Origin: Octopus vulgaris
Lineage: Eukaryota
Direction of reading: 5' to 3'
DNA length: 64,000 bases
Assembly (NCBI GenBank): GCA_951406725.2
Contig: OX597814.1
Location: 72,106,001 to 72,170,000, forward strand
Below, one piece after another: positions 1 through 12,559 of this stretch (within the stretch, counting starts at the first letter, position 1; each line of letters begins with the position of its first letter). Below the pieces are notes generated by a model. The model made no database searches and was not told the origin of the DNA. It was given only the letters and a program-made list of their open reading frames with translations. Made by a program: the position numbers and the translations under genes.

Positions 1-809
1 TGGCATTATACCTTCAGCATATTGCCACTTTACACTTTACACCATCTCACTTTGCCTTCAACAAAGTGTGTTCCTCTCTAACTTTGGCATTGAGTGGTTA
101 ATGATAAGAAAAATACCTAACTGTAAAAGCAATTATCACAAATAAAACCATTCCACCCATGATAACATGCAAAAGGCATGTAGAACATTAACAAAAAAGC
201 ATTAACAATAAAAGAAACACTTAATGCTTATCAGCATTCTAATTTAACTTTTATTTATTAATAAATTCTTGTTTCTTTTCCCCTTATATATCCAATGTCA
301 TTTTATATACTAGCATATATTTACATCCACCCCCACCCCCTCACACATGAATACAATTACATATATGCATGCAGGCAGAAAGACTCTTATTTATTTATTC
401 ATTTGTGTGTGTGTGTGTGTGTGAATTGAATATATTAGACTTACTTTAATGTGATGTTTCTTTCAAATGATTCCGACTCATGTTTCAGATGCATTTATAT
501 ATTTTTCTTCATGAACTACCACAGACTGATATGTAATTATTATAAACTGCTAAACTTGAAGAGCTTGTATTTCACATAGTAAATGACATATTTAGAATTA
601 AGTTTCTGGTTTGGCTTAAATGTCAATAAAAAAAAAATGCTCATTTAATGACAAGTTATTAGCTTTTCAGATCAATATACTATTGTTTGGATTGGAAGAA
701 GGCAATGAACTGGCAGAAACAGTTGATCAGACTAAAAGACTACCATTATTTAAGATTACTGCCCCTCAACATTGTCAGCTCAACCCCTTCAATTCCTTTC
801 ATTCAACCA

Positions 810-1557
810 CATCATCATCATCATCATCATCATCGTTTAACGTCCGTTCTCCATGCTAGCATGGGTTGGACAGTTCGACCAGGGATCGGGAAAGCCAGAA
901 GGCTGCACCAGGCTCCAGTCTTATCTGGCAATGTTTCTACAGCTGGATGCCCTTCCTAACGCCAACCACTCCGTGAGTGTAGTGGTTGCTTTTTACGTGC
1001 CACCTGCACAGGTGCCAGGCGAGGCTGGCAACGGCCATGGTCGGATTGGTGCATTTTACGTGCCACCGGCACGGAAGCCAGTCGAGGCGGCACTGACATC
1101 AGCCACGATTCGGATGGTGCTTTTTACGTGCCACCGGCACGGAAGCCATTCGAGGCAGCGCTGGCATCGGCCACGATTTGGATAGTGCTTTTTACGTACC
1201 ACCAGTCCAGGGGTCCTGGCATCTGCCGGGTGCCAGTCATAGGATTGGTTCAATTTCGATTCCGATTTCGATTTTACTTGCCCCAACAGGCCTTCGCAAG
1301 CAGAAGGGGGTTGGCATGGGTGCCTGTTGTCGGATGAGGTTCTATATCGACTTCGCTTGCCTCAACAGGTCTTTGTGTGTCCAAGGGAGGAAAGGCATGC
1401 ATAAGTGGGCTGGACTCACTTGTCCTGCCTGGTCTTCTCACGCACAGCATATTTCCAAAGGTCTCGGTCGCTGGTCATTTCCTCAGTGAGGCCTAAAGTT
1501 CGAAGGTCGTGCTTCACCACCTCGTCCCAGGTTTTCCTGGGTCTACCTCTTCCACGG
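810..1557 (-). mobile_element. 5'-truncated RTE LINE copy (ORF C-terminus, 3' UTR and (GAT)n tail)
   Basis: Reverse complement closely matches 6551-7186; (CAT)n at 810-833; contains the 63-68 bp tandem units of the 3' UTR. Confidence 0.92.
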
Positions 1558-2639
1558 AGTTTATAAAATTACTACCAACTAAGTATTAAGTTCAAGTTAC
1601 TCTATTATACTTCTGTCCTGCTATTTGCAGCTTTATGCTAATCAAAGAGATCATTTTAGTAGAAATGTGTAAAAGACATTTAATCAATATATTGGAATTG
1701 TATTTTGCAATATTTTAATGTTTGTGTCATCAAAACTTGGGATGACAATCTCTACTTTATGAATACTATCTTAAATACTGCCTCCAATGGTTACATACAT
1801 TGCTATTGCTATTAAACACTGATCATGAAGATAAAAAGAAGTTTTAAAAAATAACATAGCTATAATTTTTTCAATGAATGAAAATAAGCAAAATATGTTG
1901 GTGGTATTTCTAATAAATCAAATATTTTTATCTTTACTCATAACACTATCATAGGTCAGTATGTACCAAACTACAAAAGCATAGCTATTCCACTCATTTA
2001 ATATTATATAATGTTGTAGTCACTATCAATTAAATCCACTTATATCTGACAACCAATTTTCATGTATTTATTTTACAAAGATATGTAATGGAATTATTAA
2101 TTCCTGAGTTTCTACAGGGAAACCTTTTGTGGAAGGTTTGAGTAATCTTTAAATAATGTATAAACACTGTTTCTTTTTATGCTCTAATCAAATTTATATC
2201 ATGGAACTAGCTAATGGCTCCTTAAGTTCAAAAATGATCTGATCCGTTGGTATCTTTCTTCATTACAAGAACCATATCTACAACCTATGTCGTGGAAAAA
2301 TCATATTTGTCTATTCAGCTAAGTAGTAAATACCTAATTCACATCACCTGTATCATTCTAGCATAGCAATGACATTTAATTATAATTTACTGAAAATTTC
2401 TACAGTTTCTGGTAATACAATTTGAAATCTACGCCAAAGATCATAGACTGTAGAAAGCCAACCATTCATAAGGTTTCTTGAAGTCTGAGGTTGTGGATAT
2501 GCAACCTGTAAACATTACGAAATAGGTATAAATTAAAAGAACCATTGTATATACACTGTATATACCTTTTTCGTGGACTTTCATTAAAAGTTAAATTTTA
2601 CTCATTTCTTTAGTTTTTATTTATTTATTTATACTGGTG

Positions 2640-3060
2640 TGGAGCTGGGAAAGTTGGATGCAGCAAGAGTAATGAGAGGTGAAGAGATGAGTGAGACAGC
2701 AGGAGCCTGAGTGCTGGAGGTGTGAGAATAGCTAGCTCCTAGGAGCAGGCCTTTGAACCAGAAGCTGGAGTATATCTGTTAATGGTTGTATGGCTCTTCT
2801 CCTGGTGTAGTCTAGGATGTTTGGGTGCTTAATAGCAGCACTGTCTCAGATGTGGATACAGTACACTATTGTCAGTTTCACTTAAGCTTTGTCAGCAGCT
2901 ATTGTGGGCTGAAACATCTTCTGATTCTGAAGAAAATAGCTAGTTTTTGGGATGTAGTCTTAGCTATGCTAAGGATGCACTTTTGCCAGTTAAGATTTTC
3001 AGTGATAATCAGGCTCAGTATTTAGAGCAGCTTTAAGAGCTTTAGATGAATGTCGCACAT
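2640..3060 (-). mobile_element. Decayed Jockey/CR1-like LINE 3' fragment
   Basis: Minus-strand translation with stops, HILSIAKTTSQKLAIFFRIRRCFSPQ*LLT..YCIHI*, resembles the C-terminal RT region of Jockey/CR1-group LINEs. Confidence 0.5.
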
Positions 3061-3062
3061 AT

Positions 3063-3290
3063 TTAACCCTTTAGTATTCAGATTATTGTGTCAAAAGTAA
3101 TGCTTATTTATTAACATTGTTTTCAATTAATCATGCATTATCTCATAGCTTTGAGATTTCAATGACGTGATTGCTCATTTGTAGAAGGACATTGTCAGAG
3201 AAGTGTAAGAGGCTAGATCCGGCCAATTTGAACATAAAACAAGTAGAAATATTTTGGCCAGATATGGTTGGTTAAATGTTATAGGGTTAA
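3063..3290 (+). mobile_element. piggyBac-type MITE, family A (~225 bp)
   Basis: TTAA-CCCTTTAG...TATAGGG-TTAA termini; homologous copies at 3481-3869, 33770-33965, 48670-48884, 54674-54902, 61595-61820. Confidence 0.8.
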
Positions 3291-3480
3291 AAGGGTGGCA
3301 CTGTGCTGTTTATCTAAATATGAGTAATGCTTGAGATTTTTTGCCGTTAAAAGAGATATGGTTATCTTAACTCCCACAGGAGTGCATTCTTGAGGTCCCT
3401 TTTATGGAATCAATCCACTTATTTGATGTAGGTGGATGATGCATGATATAGAAAACATAGCAAGAAATGAGGTTATCTTG

Positions 3481-3869
3481 TTTAGTTATTTAAACTGGCC
3501 ATATCCAGCCCAAAATATTCTATTTGTTTTGTGTTCAAACTGGTTAGATCCAGCCTCTTGCACCTATCCTACCATGTCATTCTAAAAATAAACAATCACA
3601 TTTTCAAATCTCTAAGCTACAAGATAACACATGATTAATTTTAGATATAACAAAGAATTTAGTTAAAAAATATTAGTTATCATTAAGCTAGTGTTAGGAG
3701 CATGACTAAGGTTTGGCAGAAGATTCTAATTCAGAACTTTTGAAAACAAGATATTTGTGCTACAGAGCCAGAGGTGATTTTAGCCAAGTTGGTATCGAAA
3801 AGGTTAATTTTAAAAATGTGACTAAATAACCATTACATTTGACAGTAACCTGAATGTTAAAAAGGTTAA
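3481..3869 (-). mobile_element. MITE family A copy interrupted by a family B MITE fragment (3639-3803)
   Basis: Colinear with 54674-54902 apart from an insert flanked by TTAA at 3635-3638 and 3804-3807; the insert resembles 62010-62198. Confidence 0.7.
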
Positions 3870-4043
3870 TATATATTTTACTTTTTGTTAGCTGTTTAGT
3901 AGGTTATGTGAATTTGCTATATGGATTCAATATCTATATCCAGTATGAATTCTATACACAGTGCCTTATATTTACTGCAAAAATGATGTTGAATAGTTTC
4001 CTTACATTATACATATATAAGCAAAAGCTTTGAGGAATAATTT

Positions 4044-7000
4044 TATAAGGTAATCGATCGAGGTAGTCAGAGTAAGTGACAGAGTAATTAAAATTAGATT
4101 AGTTAGCTACCATCATCTAGGTCAGCTACCATCATCTCGGCATATGCCCCTTAACCAGGGCTACCGGAAGGACAAAAAGACCAATTCTATGACACCCTAT
4201 TGTGGACTACCTCGTTGATAAATGACAGTGACCTTCTCTTCGTGGCAGGTGATTTCAATGGACATGTTCGACGGCATGGCGTTCATGGAGGCTACGGTTT
4301 TGGCTCTCGTAATGAGGAGGGAACCAGGCTGCTGGAGTTCTGTGATGCAAATGACCTTATGGTCTGCAATACCAACTTCAGGAAACCCACCTCTCACCTA
4401 GTCACCTACCGTTCTGGCAGACACACTAGCCAGATTGACTACATCCTTGCCAGAAAAAGGGAAAGAGGGCTGCTTATAAATGCCAAAACCTTTTCAGGTG
4501 AAGAATGTACTCCTCAACATAGATTAGTAGTTAGCGACTTCAGGATCAGAGCTAAATGGTTGCCCAGAAGAAGACCAGCTTGGAGGAGAAAGGTCTGGAT
4601 GCTTAAAGATCCTGCAAATGGACAGAGATTTAGAGACATATTACTCAAAGCTTTTGACGAAATAGAAGGGGATATAGATTCACTTAATGTGGAAGACAAC
4701 TGGAGATTTCTACGGCACAATCTGCTGACAGCCACTGACCAGATCTGTGGATGGAGCAAAGTACCATCTCGACCCAGAGTAACATGGTGGTGGAACACTG
4801 TGGTTGACAGGGCTATTAGACAAAAGAGACAGGCTTGGAAGGACTGGAAGAACGGTGGTAGCAGGGAATTGTATCAGGCAGCCAGAAGGGAAGCTAGGAG
4901 ACAGGTTTATTTAGCCAGAGGGGAAGTGGATAAGAAAAAATTTGCCAATGTTCTGAGCCGTGAGGATGAAAGACTTGAGGTATTTCGTGTTGCAAGACAG
5001 TGTGTGAGAGAGAATCGTGATGTGGTAGGAGAGAAGTGTGTTCGCATGGATGATGGTTCACTTGCGCTAAATGAGGATGCAAAGAGAGAGGTTTGGAGAT
5101 GCCACTATGAAAGGTTGCTGAATAAAGAAAATGAATGGGATAAAGAGAGTCTGCTGAATGTCAACCCAACAGAGGGACCAGCCATCCGAGTTGAAAATTC
5201 TTTGGTAGTTAAAGCAATTAGAAGCATGAAGACAGGGAAAGCCCCAGGCCCATCAGGAATCACTGCAGAGATGCTCAAAATATCTGGCAGTGTCGGCTAT
5301 AACCTAGTCACCCATATAGTCAACCAGGTGATACACGAAGGAGTCATACCCAATGACTGGTGTAGCTGCATACTAGTCAACTGCTACAAAGGTAAAGGTG
5401 ATGCCCTAGATACAAATAATTACAGAGGTATCAAGCTGTTGGATCAGGTAATGAAGGTTACGGAGAGGGTCATAGCCCAACTAATTAGAGAGAGAGTTAG
5501 TTCAGATGAGATGCAGTTTGGGTTCGTGCCAGGGAAAAGTACCACTGATGCTATATTCCTGGTAAGGCAGCTGCAGGAGAAATACATAGCCAAAGATAAG
5601 CCCCTGTACCTGGCTTTCGTTGACATGGAGAAAGCCTTTGATAGGGCCCCCCGATCCCTTATCTGGTGGTCAATGAGGAAACTAGGGATAGATGACTGGC
5701 TGGTGAGGGCTGTGCAAGCCATGTACAGAGATGCCGTAAGTAAGGTTAGGGTTGGCAACATGTACACAGAAGAATTCAAAGTAGAGGTTGGGATCCACCA
5801 GGGTTCAGTACTCAGCCCCCTCCTATTTATCTTAGTCCTCCAGGCAATTACGGAGGAATTCAAGACAGGTTGCCCCTGGGAGCTCCTCTATGCTGACGAC
5901 CTTGCTCTAATTGCTGAGTCACTATCAGAACTGGAGGAGAAGTTCCAGGTGTGGAAGGAGGGTTTAGAATCGAGGGGCCTTAGAGTCAACCTAGCTAAAA
6001 CCAAAGTACTAATAAGTAGGAAGGTAGACAATCCACAAATGTCTTCAGGAAGATGGCCCTGCTCGATCTGTAGAAAAGGTGTAGGTAGAAACTCTATTAG
6101 ATGTACCCAGTGTAAGCTATGGACACATAAGAGGTGCAGCAATGTCAAAGGTAGGCTAACTGGAAAGATAGTTTTTGTATGTGGCAGACGCTCGGGAGCA
6201 AAGTTTAGGGAGCTCTTACCTCTGCTGGTGACAAAAGGCCTCTCGCTCAGAGTAAAAGGCAGACTGTATGATGCATGTGTACAAACAGCCATGCTACATG
6301 GCAGTGAAACATGGGCCGTGACTGCTGAGGACATGCGTAAGCTCGTGAGGAATGAAGCCAGTATGCTCCGATGGATGTGTAATGTCAGTGTACATACTCG
6401 ACAGAGCGTTAGTACCTTGAGAGAAATGTTGTACCTAAGAAGCATCAGTTGTGGTGTGCAAGAAAGACGATTGCACTGGTATGGTCATGTGGCGAGAATG
6501 GATGAAGATAGCTGTGTGAGAAAGTGCCAATCCCTAGCAGTTGAGGGAACCCGTGGAAGAGGTAGACCCACGAAAACTTGGGATGAGGTGGTGAAGCACG
6601 ACCTTCGAACTTTAGGCCTCACTGAGGAAATGACCAGCGACCGAGACCTTTGGAATTATGCTGTACGTGAGAAGACCAGGCAGGACAAGTGAGCCCAGCC
6701 CACTTATGCATGCCTTTCCTCCCTTGGACACAAAGACCTGTTGAGGCAAGCGAAGTCGATATAGAACCTCATCCGACAACAGGCACCCATGCCAACCCCC
6801 TTTGCTTGCAAAGACATGTTGGGGCAAGCGAAATCGAAATCGAATTGAACCAGCCAGGACCCCTGGACTGGTGGTACGTAAAAAGCACTATCCGACTCGT
6901 GGCCGATGCCAGCGCCGCCTCGACTGGCTTCCGTGCCGGTGGCATGTAAAATGCACCAATCCAACCGTGGCCGTTGCCAGCCTCGCCTGGCACTTGTGCA

Positions 7001-7186
7001 GGTGGCACGTGAAAAGCACCCACTACACTCACAGAGTGGTTGGCATTAGGAAAGGCATCCAGCTGTAGAAACTTTGCCAGATAAGACTGGAGCCTGGTGC
7101 AGCCTTCTGGCTTCCCAGATCCCCGGTCGAACCGTCCAACCCATGCTAGCATGGAGAACAGATGTTAAACGATGATGATGATGATG
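4044..7186 (+). mobile_element. RTE-clade non-LTR retrotransposon, 5'-truncated within the endonuclease
   Basis: Upstream broken APE peptide (EVVRVSDRVIKIRLV..AYAP*PG), long ORF, ~490-bp 3' UTR, (GAT)n tail at 7171-7186. Confidence 0.95.
4200..6692 (+). pseudogene. RTE ORF remnant: AP-endonuclease + reverse transcriptase with embedded PHD-type finger (830 aa open frame, likely non-functional)
   Basis: APE motifs GDFNGH, SQIDYIL, QHRLV; RT motifs QFGF, FVDMEKAFD, QGSVLSP, YADD (5889-5900); C-terminal RGRGRP; N-terminus broken by a stop; the YLG segment is deleted. Confidence 0.9.
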
Positions 7187-7734
7187 TATTATATATTATA
7201 TTTGGAGAAATAGTTGTGTTAATTAATATTCTATAGAAATCTTTCTCTTACTGTCTTTTCATATATTATTACAGTTTTTGAAAACTTATTTTGATATATA
7301 TTCCTATGTTCCCACATTACTATACTATGTAATATTAATTCTTACAAATATCTATACCAGTGGATTTAATGTGTTGAAGGGACAATAACTTGCAGATATA
7401 AATATTATTTCCAACTATTATCATTTAGTCTTCTATTTCTGAAACCTGTGTGAAGTGAATTATTTGAAAGCTGTGATAAGCAGTTTATCAGAAGCTTACC
7501 TCCTACTGTACAGCATTTACCACAGATTACAATAAGTTAAAACTTTATTTATTTTGTATTGCTGTTCTTATTTTCATTGTTATTTTCTTTTGAGAATCAA
7601 TTTTCTTGACAAATTGTATTGAAATTGAATATAAATTGGTCAGATGTCTATGGTTCTATAGTTCACTATGAGTTAAAGAAGGTTGACTAATAAGAGCTTT
7701 TCACAAACAAACTAACAATCTGATGATATGTGAG

Positions 7735-8000
7735 GTAACATTCAATGGATATGCTGGGCAGCAACACCCTGATGAATTCCATGGTGTGCATGGGGGGCAG
7801 GTTATGTCTTTGGTTTTCAAAGAAGGAAGAGGAAACAAAGCTCATGGAGTTCTTCGTTGCTAATGAACTGACAATTTGCAACACTAATTTCAGAAAATCA
7901 GCTTGTCACCTGATCACTTATCAATTAGGCAACTACACAAACCAGTAACACTTCATTCTCTCTTGCAAGTAAGATAGACAGATGGTTGTGAATTATAAGT
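7735..8000 (+). mobile_element. Old RTE endonuclease fragment
   Basis: EEETKLMEFFVANELTICNTNFRKSACHLITY is homologous to NEEGTRLLEFCDANDLMVCNTNFRKPTSHLVTY in the 830-aa ORF. Confidence 0.8.
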
Positions 8001-8375
8001 CCAGTGTAATTGTATTAAAAAATGCTGAATTATAAAGTTGAGAAAAAAAGTGGATGGGGTCCTGATCTCTAGGTTTTGATAAATAGTGAGATTTATCAAT
8101 TAATATAGCTCATTTCTTTCAAATCTCTTGATCATTATTTATATCTTGTCAGTTTGCTTCACAGCTTTTCAGCAATGCTCACACTTGACACCTTACCACA
8201 TAAATTACTCTCACAATGTCTTTTCCTTGTTCAAACCAGTGTGGTATTTCATTAGGCCTTACCCAATTTTTTTTTTTTTTTTGTTACCTAGTCTCATTTC
8301 TATTGATAACCTCTGTTTTTCAAGCTTTCTTCTGGGTCAAGAAATTATCATGACTAACCACACATCAGTTTTAAG

Positions 8376-9036
8376 CTAGCTCCTGTGAAGGGCTCTTCAT
8401 TGGGCCTCCTGCCCAACAATGACACTTCATGCATTGAGTACATATTAAATTTTATTAAACTTGACCAATGTTTTTCAAGCAATGAACAATTTTCATCAAA
8501 ACAGTGATATAATTTGTCAACTTGGAACTTATTGCAAAGCTGCATGATAAACAACATTTTCTGTTTTCCCATTACAATACAATTTTTTTCTGTCAGTACA
8601 ATTTATTTTCTATCTAGCCTCTCTCTCTCTTTCTGGTGATTGTTTTCAACCATCACCGTCACCACCACAACTGCCATACACACACCATTCAGACTTCTGA
8701 TGCCACCACCATCAATACCTTTGACTTCACTGCCTTCTCCTCCACCATCATCACCACTGTCTTTCACATCGCTTACTATCACTGTCATCCCTGAACGCCA
8801 CAGCTACCACTACTATCATCACTGTTGCCTCCACCTCTATCACAACTACAGCTCATATTATTGCTATTACCCCATTACCATCACAGCCATCAATCTACTA
8901 CTGCCCTTACCATCTCTATGCCTGGTATTACTCTCATCCCAACATGAGGAATAGTAGAAGTGTCATTGAATAGTGAGAGAGGGGGTCAAAGTGTAACACT
9001 GAAACAGAAATTCGTTTTGGCTTTTATTATTATAGA
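8376..9036 (-). mobile_element. Possible non-autonomous Helitron-like element with CAC/CAT low-complexity core
   Basis: On the minus strand it starts A|TCTATAATAATAAAAG and ends with hairpin TGAAG-agcc-CTTCA a few bases before CTAG. Confidence 0.35.
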
Positions 9037-10122
9037 TGACTTTCCTAGATGGAATACTTTCACTTAGATATTATTTGTACAACATTCCTTCCTGAGAATT
9101 GGGAAAGCATCCTCCTTAGTCTAAACTGAGTGTATTTCTTAATGCTATTCTCTTAAAGGTGATGCCTTCACCCTTAAGTTTTTGCTTAGTTCCAGCTTAA
9201 ACTCAAGTTCCAGACTTATCAAAAAATATTTAAGCCATGATCACTATCGGAATAGAGTATCTTGACATGCATTTATTGGTTAAAAAACAACTTTTTCAAA
9301 AACCCATATCATCTCCTAGAAAGGCTTAACCAATTCCCTACACTATAGTCTCAATATTCAGGGCTCTTGTGTTTTCCCCCCATTTTCTGGCATTCTATGT
9401 TCTTTTGTTACCTGTCCCTACATTTTCTATTATAGCGTGAGTGGGAGAACAGAGCAGAGATGGCAAGACAGCCAGTTGTTAGGGGCAAGCCATCTGCACA
9501 TCATAGGAGAATTCAATTATCTTTGTTAATTTGTTTTAAAAATACCCAGAAAGTTAACAAGTTTCTGGAACTTTTATAACTTGAAAGAAATTTTTAGAAA
9601 ATAGAAATAGACACAACTTGGCATTTCTTGAGTTTAAGATATCACTTTTACTTTTGTCATTCAGCATTTTGTATTATTTTGTTTGTTGTGTGCCAAAAAT
9701 TAATTTGAAAAATTTGCATTGCTGTTCATGTTTTATACAAATATGCACATACACACAAACTCTCTCTGTCTCACACACACACACACACACACACACGAAT
9801 ATAGCCTTTATTAGAGATACCACATTACATGCTTTAACTAAGTAGTTTTATCAATTGTTGTTGAATTAGTTGTAATAAGGTATCTCTAAAAAAAATTGTA
9901 ATAGTCCTATGTCCATATTATGCATTGAGTAGTTTTCAATGTATAATAAGATGCATATACATAAGACAAAAACAAATGTGATGTCTTAAACTCAAAGATT
10001 GCTCATTAGGTTTTGCAGTAAAGCACAAAATTTATAACAGAAAGAAAAAAAAAGTACTGAAAATAAATAAGATGCCTGTTTTCAGGGGTTACATATTATA
10101 AGAATTGCACTTATATTATTAA

Positions 10123-11190
10123 ATAGTAGTATACCCGTGCCATCAGAAATGATGGCATGAAAATGATATGGAAAATAAGATTAAAATAAAAACATTACAA
10201 CCTTTATCTCAGTAATTCTAGTGAAAACCCTACCAACAATGAGTTTGCCTTGTTTTGAATGGTCTTTTTCAGTAATAACCATTATTCTTCCATTCTTCTC
10301 CTTGATGTTCTCTTTTGATTTCTCTCCTTTGTACTGCTTCTTCTTCCATTTCATCTTGTTGCCTTTGTGATGCTCTCATTCTTAGATATTCTTTCCTCAC
10401 TGCTGCTTGCTCTTCTATTTCATCTTGAGTGCTTTTGCTCTGCTCTCTCTCTCTTTGGATATCTCTCCTTTTCACTTTGACGTCTTCGAGCCTTGTCTTC
10501 TTGTGCTCATCTCTCGTGTCTCACTTCTTGTGAGTGATTTAATAACCTTAATGTATTGCTTTTATCTTCTTGCATCCAGTTCTTCTTGAGTGAGACTGGT
10601 TTTTCTTTGCCTTTGTCTCTCTCTCTGGCTAACCATCATCTTCTATCTGATTTGTTCTCCAAGACTAATGCAGAATTACACCTCTCCTGGAAAAATGCAT
10701 TTTTAAAAAAAAGTTTTTATGCATTCCTATGTTTTAGATGTTGAATATGTTTTCAATGTCGGAAATTATGAATATACAAAAAAAAATTTAGATAGATATG
10801 AATGTCTTCCTGGAGCTAAAAACAACATTAACACCATCTTCTATAGGTCCGCCACATTTAGTTGACAAATATATTTTATGAATAGATGGATAGGGATAGA
10901 CCGACAAACAAATAAATGGATGAAAAAGTTAAAAACTTAAAATTGGAGGAGGGGGTGAAATTTGAGCCCCTTATTAAACTTTATAGCATTAATTATTAAA
11001 CATTAATGTTTGTTTCTTATAAAATGGTGTATTAGTAGACAAAATTAAAATTTTAAATTTGGGGGTGGGGGTTAAAAAAATTTTCTTTTCATATTTGTAA
11101 TCTCCGACATCTAAAATGTAGGAATCCAAAAATATTTTTCAAGGAGAGGTACAATTCTGCATTAGCCCCCATTCTCCAGAGCAAGTGGAT
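10123..11190 (-). mobile_element. Possible internally deleted Helitron
   Basis: Perfect hairpin TGCCATCA-gaaa-TGATGGCA (10138-10157) near one end; minus-strand R/E/Q-rich repetitive ORF remnants at 10269-10640; far boundary uncertain. Confidence 0.4.
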
Positions 11191-12559
11191 GAATATATTT
11201 AATACAGGGAATATAAACTTCGAAACAAATTAGTATATTTGTGTGTGTGTGTGTGTGAGTACATAACCATACAAAGTCTAAAATTACACAGAATTACATT
11301 AATGGCATACACACAGACTTATTTTTTTTCCAGCAACATCTACATGTTCTCTATCGCTGTCTGTCTGCCTCTGTCTCTCTCTCTCTCGCTCACTCTCTTT
11401 ACAGCCTGAAACAGAGAATGATCTTGAAGACAAGCTTCACCGCCTTAGCAAAATTCTTCATTCATAAATATTTACAAATATCACGGTATCAGCAAGTATT
11501 TGTAAATATCTATAATTACCTTCCTTTTATGTTTAGCTTTCTTTAAACAGTCAATATTATCAAGCTTTCTTTCAGTAGACAATATTTTAATCCTATGACT
11601 AAAAAATTACTACTTATTTATTTATCTTATATTTCAATGAAAATGTTGTTGTTGAGGGAGAGAAAGAGAGAAAGGCAGTGTTCAATAAAGTGAAAAGGTT
11701 TTTGTTGAGAGAGAGAGAGAGCGCAAGAGGCACTGTTTGATACCACTCTCTATCTCTTAATTGTTATTACCATTTTGTCTCATCTCTTGTTTTATTCTTA
11801 CTGAACTCTGCTACTCCCTCATTGCATGAATTTAGACAAACTTACAAACAAGCTCATTATTATAATAGATGTAATTATGTATCTGTGATCTCAACAGAGT
11901 TGCTACAACTTCATTGTAAACAAATATTTTTTATTGTTATAAGATGGATATTGAAGGTAGTGTACAAGTTACATTGTAAATGGGATTAAGTATAAAGATT
12001 AGGGTAAAATTTGTTGTAAAATGCTTATATCCTGAATACAGAGATAGAACATGCATGAGTGTATTTACTAGTAATCTAACACAAATGATACAAATATTAC
12101 AACCTTGTGGAAACTTTGTAAATTTGTAGAAAATCATTTAAGTGAATTCAATGAAAAATAAAATAAATTAAACAAGCATAATTGTGAACAGAAACTTATT
12201 GCATCAGGTTCTGTTACAATTCATTGGCATTAAGCTTTTGGATACTCCAAGATTTAGTTATCCTACCAACATTTTTCTGTCTCTGTACTAATTACCTACT
12301 TTGCTATTTTTTCTGGCATGCCACTCCCCTTTATAGATGCTACTTCTCTTCATGCTCTGATACCTTTTAATAAGCAAGCAGCACCTTCACTCATATTAGA
12401 TCTCCACATTGAATATATACTACTTCCATGAATTAAATCTATGAAAACTCCCTAGAAACATGGGAACTTGGTCTTTTACAACAGCAATAAAATACAGTCA
12501 ATACACATTATTATCACATTATTACTCCTTTTCAGCCTATGAACAACTAGCAACTACAA

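Noticed and set aside
985-1215. Repeat-spacer pattern resembling a CRISPR array
   Set aside because: The spacers are homologous to each other, the array sits in a LINE 3' UTR in eukaryotic DNA, and there are no cas genes
620-1489. Overlapping short ORFs (also at 6612-7152, 40195-40618, 46290-46562)
   Set aside because: They lie in the GC-rich RTE 3' UTR or antisense to it; the poly-His/Ser runs come from the (CAT)n tail
4200-6692. 830-aa ORF as an active retrotransposon or host gene
   Set aside because: 5'-truncated, with an upstream stop in the APE domain, a non-ATG start, a 51-codon deletion of the YLG region and a lost Cys ligand
8603-8954. Thr/Pro/His-rich ORFs
   Set aside because: Degenerate CAC/CAT trinucleotide low-complexity sequence with no splice or homology support
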